Virus record (IMG/VR): IMGVR_UViG_3300016665_000978
Location: 1 to 35,065 of that record
Length of the DNA stretch: 35,065 nucleotides
Reading direction: 5' to 3' (one strand)
From: a virus
Taxonomy: Duplodnaviria > Caudoviricetes
Of this stretch, positions 28,963 through 35,065 are shown piece after piece. The notes beneath the pieces were generated by a model, which was not told where the DNA came from, made no database searches, and was given only the letters and a program-made list of their open reading frames with translations. The position numbers were made by a program, and so were the translations under genes. Within the stretch, counting starts at the first letter, position 1. The number at the start of each line of letters is the position of its first letter.

Positions 28963-29900
28963 CCTTCACTGGCAATTTGGCTGAGTTCAATAAGTGCTGC
29001 ACTAAAATTGATCTCAGGATCAGCACACATTGCATGATCGCGTAGACGATTAGCAATGATAACAATAGCAGCATTTTGTTGCCTGTCAGTCGAACCCCAC
29101 CAATTGAGATTTTGATACAGCAACCGATAAGCCTCCTCAAACTCAGCACCTTGTAGCTTGGGTGCCAGCAGCTTCCGGGCTTCGAGAATTTTCCCCTCCC
29201 GGAACAGCCCAACAGCTTGCACAACATAGTCACTAGTAGCACTGGCTGTACCTTCACCTGGCCGTGTAAGTGTTTGATTGATACAATTTTGTTGCAGCAT
29301 GTTGATACACTTGCGAAGATCAGGATAGCACGCACTTACATAATCATCCAGAATCTCAAAATTATGTTCTGTAAGATCAATGCCTTCACTCATGAGAACC
29401 GTTGCAATGCGCTCCACAAACTGATCGCGTTCAAGGCTTTGGATTTCAAATGTTTGGCACCTGCTTTTCAGCGCAGGAATGATTTTGTGCCCATAATTGG
29501 CAGTGAGAATAAATCGTGCCCCGTCACTGTAGGTTTCAACCATGTTACGTAAGCCGCTTTGAGCGGCTGCGGTTAGCCCGTCAGCCTCGTCAATAATCAC
29601 ATAACGAAACTCACCCATAGGCATTGTTGATACAAAGTTTTCCAGATCGCGAACAAAGTCAATACCGTTAGTCGTACTGCCGTTCACAAACTTGATATCT
29701 GAATTATCTACATTCAGTTCCTGCATCATCATCATGGCAAGGGCTGTTTTGCCAATACCTGGATGCCCAATTAGGAGCAAGTTGGGCAGATGCTTTTCCG
29801 CTACCCAAGATTCAACTTGAGCTTTTTGTGCACTATTGCTCCAAACATAGTCTTGGAGACTGCTTGGTCGATATTTTTGAACCCAAAGCTTCTTGCTCAT
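28959..29900 (-). CDS. Sliding-clamp loader AAA+ subunit (RFC small / T4 gp44-like)
   Basis: LWVQKYRP, Walker A GHPGIGKT, IIDEAD, FILTAN, SRC, DLRKCIN. Confidence 0.92.
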   Translation of the reverse strand: MSKKLWVQKYRPSSLQDYVWSNSAQKAQVESWVAEKHLPNLLLIGHPGIGKTALAMMMMQELNVDNSDIKFVNGSTTNGIDFVRDLENFVSTMPMGEFRYVIIDEADGLTAAAQSGLRNMVETYSDGARFILTANYGHKIIPALKSRCQTFEIQSLERDQFVERIATVLMSEGIDLTEHNFEILDDYVSACYPDLRKCINMLQQNCINQTLTRPGEGTASATSDYVVQAVGLFREGKILEARKLLAPKLQGAEFEEAYRLLYQNLNWWGSTDRQQNAAIVIIANRLRDHAMCADPEINFSAALIELSQIASEG

Positions 29901-29956
29901 CTAGTCCTCATGCAGTTGTTGATACTTGATGAGTTTGTTGGCTCAAGAAGGCTGTG

Positions 29957-30289
29957 TCAACAGTCCTCTACAAGGAGAATGCTTTCAGGTTCAACCATTC
30001 TCACAACAGTGATTTCACCATCTGGATGAGATACACTTACTCCACGACTCCAGCGGCCATGTGAAATCAAAACGCGATCGCCTTTTTTCACATCAGATAC
30101 TTCACTGCCCACACTATAAACTGTTGCCCAGCGAGGGCGCACACCCCTGTCTTTGCCGTCATCATCACCAATAATTAGGCCTGCTTTGGTGCGACGCTCG
30201 CCGTGTTCCATGTTGTGCACAAGCACACGAGAGGGCAGTGGTCGAATTTCGCCTTCAGTGTGCCAATCAAAAGGTTCCAAATTAGTCAT
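29957..30289 (-). CDS. groES: GroES-like co-chaperonin
   Basis: IRPL..RVLV, TKAGLII, V.SVG.....VKKGDRVL, ESIL. Start 30289 or 30298. Confidence 0.82.
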   Translation of the reverse strand: MTNLEPFDWHTEGEIRPLPSRVLVHNMEHGERRTKAGLIIGDDDGKDRGVRPRWATVYSVGSEVSDVKKGDRVLISHGRWSRGVSVSHPDGEITVVRMVEPESILLVEDC

Positions 30290-30665
30290 CTTTGTCAACT
30301 ATCTTTCTCTTGGGTGTTGGTGTAATCATGCCTGTTCCCACAAGCTCTTGAATTGTAGGAAACTCCACATCAGGAATAACAGCAGCCCGTGGTGCAGGCA
30401 TTGGAGGCGGAGCAGCACGTGACAAAGGTTCTTCGCTTTTGATATCAGTAGTGAAAGATTGCGTCATTGCCCTTGCAGCAGCCCATTCGGCTTCAACTTG
30501 CTCTTGTGTTTTCAAAACAATGCCTCTTTCCCCAATGATATCACCTTTGGCGTTCATCCGAGCATTGCCTAGCGCAATTTGATTTTGGTTTTGTAAGCTA
30601 AGTGCAGAAAAATCTATAATTTCTCCACGCATGCTTCTGTGTTGACGTCGAAAATGTCCGGCCAT
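30282..30665 (-). CDS. Hypothetical phage protein
   Basis: AAGGA SD before MAGHF; RSMRG..ID and GNARMNAKGD motifs; TAAATA upstream. Confidence 0.65.
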   Translation of the reverse strand: MAGHFRRQHRSMRGEIIDFSALSLQNQNQIALGNARMNAKGDIIGERGIVLKTQEQVEAEWAAARAMTQSFTTDIKSEEPLSRAAPPPMPAPRAAVIPDVEFPTIQELVGTGMITPTPKRKIVDKDD

Positions 30666-30684
30666 AATAGATTCCTTGTTGACT

Positions 30685-31197
30685 TCAAAATTCGTATTTA
30701 ATTTTGAAGAATTCTTGGTAGTCAAGATCATAGTCTAGTGGATTAATTTTATTGACGCCAATAAGGAACAAAACAAAGCAGCTTACAGAACTGCCTCTGC
30801 CCACGCCCCAAACCAATCCTTGACTTCGCCATGTGTCCACAAGATAGATTAGATGTTGGAAAATTGGTTCTGCTTGAAGCTTTGAAATAAGGTGTAGTTC
30901 CACAAGCGCCCGTTGTTCTTGGTCCTTATTGGTGCATCGTGTCAAACAATATGATTTCAAATCAATTTTTTTGTACTCTTCAGGAGTAAACCACTCTCTG
31001 TTTTGAGGGTCAATTTTGTGTTGTGGAATAGGCCAGCAATCCAATTGTTCACATTGTTGCAAGAAAGCCAGCTTGGCTGGAGAATCCTGCCACTCAAAAA
31101 TGTTGTCCAGTTTGTTTTGATAGGCCAATTCCACTATTCCCTGATTGCTCACAAAAGGAGTTCCGTCTTGGTCAAAAGTCACAAGATTGTCTGTCAT
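30685..31197 (-). CDS. Stand-alone fragment of DNA polymerase III alpha (DnaE)
   Basis: R...E..LI, WGVGRGSSVS..V.FLIG...INPL.Y.L. Ends before the catalytic aspartates. Confidence 0.75.
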   Translation of the reverse strand: MTDNLVTFDQDGTPFVSNQGIVELAYQNKLDNIFEWQDSPAKLAFLQQCEQLDCWPIPQHKIDPQNREWFTPEEYKKIDLKSYCLTRCTNKDQEQRALVELHLISKLQAEPIFQHLIYLVDTWRSQGLVWGVGRGSSVSCFVLFLIGVNKINPLDYDLDYQEFFKIKYEF

Positions 31198-31199
31198 AA

Positions 31200-31502
31200 T
31201 TAAAGTATAGTATACTGTTTTGGTCCGCGCTTTTGTTTTGCCAGATCGTCCAACTCTTCCTCAAGAGGATCAGTATTCACCATCACGTGTTTTCCCAGAT
31301 CTTTGGCACTGTCTTCTTTGAGCAAACGTTGTTCCATTTCCAGTTCCAAACTTTCAAGAATACTTTGAAACTGATCCCACATCAAGGAACTGGTTTGTCC
31401 CCAGCTTCTTAAGCGTTGCATTCGGCCCAAAATGTTGCTTTTGCGCTTTTCCAGCTCTTCAAAACTCACTGTGCTGAGGTCATTTATTAGAGGGTGTGTC
31501 AT
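31200..31502 (-). CDS. Hypothetical helical protein
   Basis: Likely start MTHPLINDLS; fits the operon. Confidence 0.6.
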   Translation of the reverse strand: MTHPLINDLSTVSFEELEKRKSNILGRMQRLRSWGQTSSLMWDQFQSILESLELEMEQRLLKEDSAKDLGKHVMVNTDPLEEELDDLAKQKRGPKQYTIL

Positions 31503-31767
31503 AATTTTTTGCTTTGTTGTCTTTGTCAATACCGTTTGAGAACAATTTGTTTGTTACTTTCCAACCTGCGCCACACTTGTTGCAATAAAACTGCAAGTTA
31601 CGAAAAATGATATTGTTAAAAGAAAAACTTGTTTGAGTATGGCACGAAGGGCAGGTGAAGTCAATTTTTTTAACTGGTATGTAACCCGTGGGCTCAATTT
31701 GTTCAACTGCGAACTGCTGGTTGATTTTGGTGGATCTATTATTAGGAAATGGTATTATCTCACACAT
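31480..31767 (-). CDS. Zinc-ribbon protein
   Basis: CPSC...CNKC. Confidence 0.6.
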   Translation of the reverse strand: MCEIIPFPNNRSTKINQQFAVEQIEPTGYIPVKKIDFTCPSCHTQTSFSFNNIIFRNLQFYCNKCGAGWKVTNKLFSNGIDKDNKAKNYDTPSNK

Positions 31768-31805
31768 TTGACAATAACAAAGTGGACCCTACCATACTGC
31801 ACAGA

Positions 31806-32135
31806 TTACGGGCTAAATTCAATTCCAGTGGCAGTAAAACTTAGATTGCCATTAGCACTTTTGACAAAAATACTATCACCAGAGTCTAAACCAATACCTG
31901 TCACTGCAAATATACCGTTACCAATCAAAGGAGTATCAAAAGCAATATATCTTGCTGTAGTCAAGCTTTGACCATCAGGTACCAAAGCTATCCTAAAAAA
32001 TTCACTTGCTCCACCTTGATTTGCCACAAAAAGGGTTACCTGTGCCTGTCGTTGTGCTGGTACATTGTATAACTGTACTGGTGTAACAGAGACTGGGCGT
32101 AATTGGTTGAATATTTTTGGAGAGGTGTTTGCCAT
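31806..32135 (-). CDS. Small beta-rich putative virion protein
   Basis: LY.VP, VANQ, L..GD.I.V, F...G.E pattern. TAAATA at 32168-32173. Confidence 0.6.
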   Translation of the reverse strand: MANTSPKIFNQLRPVSVTPVQLYNVPAQRQAQVTLFVANQGGASEFFRIALVPDGQSLTTARYIAFDTPLIGNGIFAVTGIGLDSGDSIFVKSANGNLSFTATGIEFSP

Positions 32136-32193
32136 TGACTCATGTTCCTAAGATAAAACTTCTCCGATATTTATCCTTGGTTGACTGTAATAG

Positions 32194-32634
32194 CTACACC
32201 AGCGTCAAAACATGCTCCAAAACTGTCTTGGGATCTACCCAACAATCTGCTCTATATGGAATCATTTCCCACATCAAAAATTGATTGGGCGTCAAAAAAC
32301 TGCGATCCAAGAGAAGGTTGATGTTTTCTGTATGTCCATAAATCTTGGGATCGCTTTGGCCCCAAATCACAACACCTTTCTTGCCCAAACTCCAGGCATA
32401 GTGTTGAAAAAACGTATCAACCGATATCCAAGTTGTGCAACTTTGTATAAGTTGAGCTAAATCTCCCAAGCTTAAATTTTTCCGAAAGTCACTTACCAAT
32501 GCCTGCTCGCCCTCAACCCCTACTTGAACAACTGGGGCAGGCAAAAGTTTTACAAGCTCTTGCCAATGCGGATAATTTTTGGGATTGGGGTTGCCATTAC
32601 GTAATGCCTTGCTCCACGGCGCAATGAGAATCAT
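32194..32634 (-). CDS. GT9 (heptosyltransferase-like) C-terminal domain protein
   Basis: P......K.YPHW..L, SL.DLA.LI, ISVDT...H.A..LGK..VVIWG. Confidence 0.7.
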   Translation of the reverse strand: MILIAPWSKALRNGNPNPKNYPHWQELVKLLPAPVVQVGVEGEQALVSDFRKNLSLGDLAQLIQSCTTWISVDTFFQHYAWSLGKKGVVIWGQSDPKIYGHTENINLLLDRSFLTPNQFLMWEMIPYRADCWVDPKTVLEHVLTLV

Positions 32635-33602
32635 TTGTCAACTCCATATAGTTTGCGGTAGGCTTTTTCCAAACTGTCTTTCCACTCCCATTGTTCCATT
32701 TTTTGATACACATTGAAATAACTGATATCACCAAATAAATGCTGTGCTTCACCAATGCTGCGACCTGGCACAAGATCTGGGTAACAGGAAAACACTACTG
32801 GATTTTTTATCAATGGAAGAACTTTTTGAAAAACAACATGATCTCCCATACCGCAGTCAAGCACAACAATAGTATTGTCTCTGTAATGCAAGTGGTTTCG
32901 GAATATGGCATCATCTTTCTGATACATCAATTCCTGATGTTGCCTGATTCCACCAACCGGGTTTTTCAAATGCCAGGTCACAACATTGGGCACAATGAAG
33001 ATTTGATAACCCTTTTGTTTCAATCCCCATGTGAACAATGTTTCTTCTCTGAAGCCCACAGGACTCAACGCCAAATTGTAGTCATGAATTCCTGCTCTGT
33101 ATAAAAAACTGCAATGAAGATGGTCCACAGCTTTTTTCTCAGTAATGTAATCCCATTGAATACTTTGTTCTTCAACTTTGTCGATAAGGCCTGTGGCATT
33201 TGTATTTTTCAAAAATGGCGGTGTAAGCACACTACCGCCAACTGCCCCCACATCACTAGCCAAATGAGTTTTCAAGATTTTCAATGCATTGGCTTCAGCA
33301 ACAGTATCGTCATCCAAACGCCAGACCCATTCAAATCCCATCCTGTTGGCAATCTGGTGATTGTGATGTGGTCCTTGTTTTCTGCCAAAAATCACTTCCC
33401 AAGACAGTTTTTTTTCTTCCAGAATACACAGAACATGTCGTAATGTGGGTATTTCTCTAATGTCTTCAACAGGATCATTGTCGTCAAAGATAACCAAGTG
33501 ATCTGGCAATTCTGTTTGTGTTGCTACACTCATGATACTCATGGCAAGTGTGCTGTGATATCGCCCTTTGGTGGTAATGCTGCACAATACTCCTTGTTTC
33601 AT
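32631..33602 (-). CDS. GT2 glycosyltransferase with C-terminal GT9 N-terminal-like segment
   Basis: VIFDD, RLDDD, FREET, then VVLDCGMGD. Confidence 0.75.
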   Translation of the reverse strand: MKQGVLCSITTKGRYHSTLAMSIMSVATQTELPDHLVIFDDNDPVEDIREIPTLRHVLCILEEKKLSWEVIFGRKQGPHHNHQIANRMGFEWVWRLDDDTVAEANALKILKTHLASDVGAVGGSVLTPPFLKNTNATGLIDKVEEQSIQWDYITEKKAVDHLHCSFLYRAGIHDYNLALSPVGFREETLFTWGLKQKGYQIFIVPNVVTWHLKNPVGGIRQHQELMYQKDDAIFRNHLHYRDNTIVVLDCGMGDHVVFQKVLPLIKNPVVFSCYPDLVPGRSIGEAQHLFGDISYFNVYQKMEQWEWKDSLEKAYRKLYGVDK

Positions 33603-35065
33603 ACTGGTAATCTTTCGTATTTCTCATTCCATACTCCAGTTTGTGTTACTGTGCCATCTATGCCAAACCAAAGCAAGGGGATTTCAAATGTTTTTTTGAA
33701 ACCATTGTTTTCCAAATGGTCAGCAATTTTTTTGATATCCTGGAAACTGGGATTGGGGTTCATGTTGTTGTGTACTTCAACAAAAATTGTTTTGAATCTA
33801 TTCAAAACTGCCATTGGAGTATTCAACAACACATTGAACTCATGCCCCTCAATATCCAGCTTCAAAATCAAATCACTGCCTTGAACATTGTGTTGTGCCA
33901 ACAGTCTCTCCAAAGAAACTGTTTTTACTGATAGGTTTTTGGGATTATAAGGTTGAAGTTGACTGTTGACATCATCATTCAAAATGCTCACCAGTAAATC
34001 ATCTTGATCTGTTACTGCTGAGTTCACCAAGGTTATTTCTGGCAAACTGCCTGCTACACTTTTTAAGTGAGTGTCATACACTACTGGATTGGCCTCTACA
34101 GCCAACACACTCTTGGCACCATGAATTAGGCTGAAAACACTGAATGTGCCAATGTGTGCACCAATGTCCACAACTGTTGCACCCTCAAACTCGTTTTGAA
34201 CAACATTATAGCAATTGATTTTAAATATTTCCTCAAACAACACATTATTCTTGGTTTGCAGTTGGTTGATGGCTTTGTGAAACCTTGGCAATGTTTCTTG
34301 CACAAGTTGCCAAGGAAACTGTCCTTTATTGGTTTGAATCCATGAAGGATTGTATTTTTGGGCTACTTTCAGCATGTTCCGGGTGAAAATGTTGTTCCAG
34401 TCTGGCACCAATCTGGGATCATGAACTGTGCCTTCACCTTTGTGATACAACGGAAAATCACTTATCCACATTTTCAAATTATGATCCATAGTGTTTTCCG
34501 CCACTTCAATTACTTTGAATCCTGCATTTTCTGTTTCAATTGAGAATTCAATGTCTTCCCCACTGCCTACACCGTAGTCTTCATTCAGTAAACCAATCTT
34601 CTCAAAAACCTTTTTGTGAATCATAACGCAGAAAAAGATGGCAAACTCTCTGCCTGCATGCTCGCTATACATTTTGTTTGTACAGGAAATACCGCAATCT
34701 TTGTGAGTGTCAAAAGCTGCTGACAGTCTAGCCAACCAGGCTCCTTTGTTTTGGCTCAATAATGTAACATCATTACTGAACAAAACAATTAAATCGCATG
34801 TTGCTGCTTTAATCCCAGCATTGGTAGCTCGGGAAAACCCCAAAGGGGAATCACTCCATACGATTTTAAAATGATCTTCCATGCCCAAGGCATGGAAGTG
34901 GGTTTGTAATTCGTTCAAGTAGGATTTGGTGTTATCAACACATCCATTGGCAGAAATAATCAATTCAATATCCCGCATATGCGAGTATTTGAAAATTGAC
35001 TCTATGCAAGGTTTCAGCAGGTCGTCACAGTGATTGTAAGTGGGCACAACGATACTATATCTCAT
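33599..35065 (-). CDS. GT2 glycosyltransferase fused to FkbM-family methyltransferase
   Basis: SIVVPTYN, GF..A.N.G, ED..F; then VDIGAHIG, AVEAN, LKLDIEG.E, VEVH. Confidence 0.85.
   Translation of the reverse strand: MRYSIVVPTYNHCDDLLKPCIESIFKYSHMRDIELIISANGCVDNTKSYLNELQTHFHALGMEDHFKIVWSDSPLGFSRATNAGIKAATCDLIVLFSNDVTLLSQNKGAWLARLSAAFDTHKDCGISCTNKMYSEHAGREFAIFFCVMIHKKVFEKIGLLNEDYGVGSGEDIEFSIETENAGFKVIEVAENTMDHNLKMWISDFPLYHKGEGTVHDPRLVPDWNNIFTRNMLKVAQKYNPSWIQTNKGQFPWQLVQETLPRFHKAINQLQTKNNVLFEEIFKINCYNVVQNEFEGATVVDIGAHIGTFSVFSLIHGAKSVLAVEANPVVYDTHLKSVAGSLPEITLVNSAVTDQDDLLVSILNDDVNSQLQPYNPKNLSVKTVSLERLLAQHNVQGSDLILKLDIEGHEFNVLLNTPMAVLNRFKTIFVEVHNNMNPNPSFQDIKKIADHLENNGFKKTFEIPLLWFGIDGTVTQTGVWNEKYERLPV

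Overview
This window looks like a gene-dense segment of a large (jumbo-type) tailed dsDNA phage genome read in the standard code. It has two promoter classes: sigma70-like TTGAC-N16/17-TATAAT-like sites before the tRNA and accessory genes, and T4-late-like TAAATA boxes before structural and putative virion-packaged genes. It holds seven tRNA genes, translation and RNA-related enzymes (TilS, Pth2-like, HAD), metabolic genes (homospermidine synthase, SpeD, dCMP deaminase, Dps, frameshifted SOD, IscA, sirtuin), three ADP-ribosyltransferase-fold genes, a kinase/phosphatase pair, a GIY-YIG homing endonuclease, collagen-like fibres, a clamp loader, GroES, a DnaE fragment and glycosyltransferases. 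The main observation is that three tRNA genes (Leu-CAA, probable Leu-UAA, Arg-UCU) each carry a 48-62 nt insert, most simply placed between anticodon positions 35 and 36. The inserts differ in sequence but each folds as a miniature tRNA: a closing stem, a T-arm with a TTC loop, and a 4-nt 3' overhang. They match neither group I/II nor BHB introns and may be an undescribed nested tRNA-mimic intron class. Also notable are an amber (CUA) tRNA and a long-variable-arm CAU tRNA next to TilS. All protein calls come from motif recognition by eye; no searches were run.
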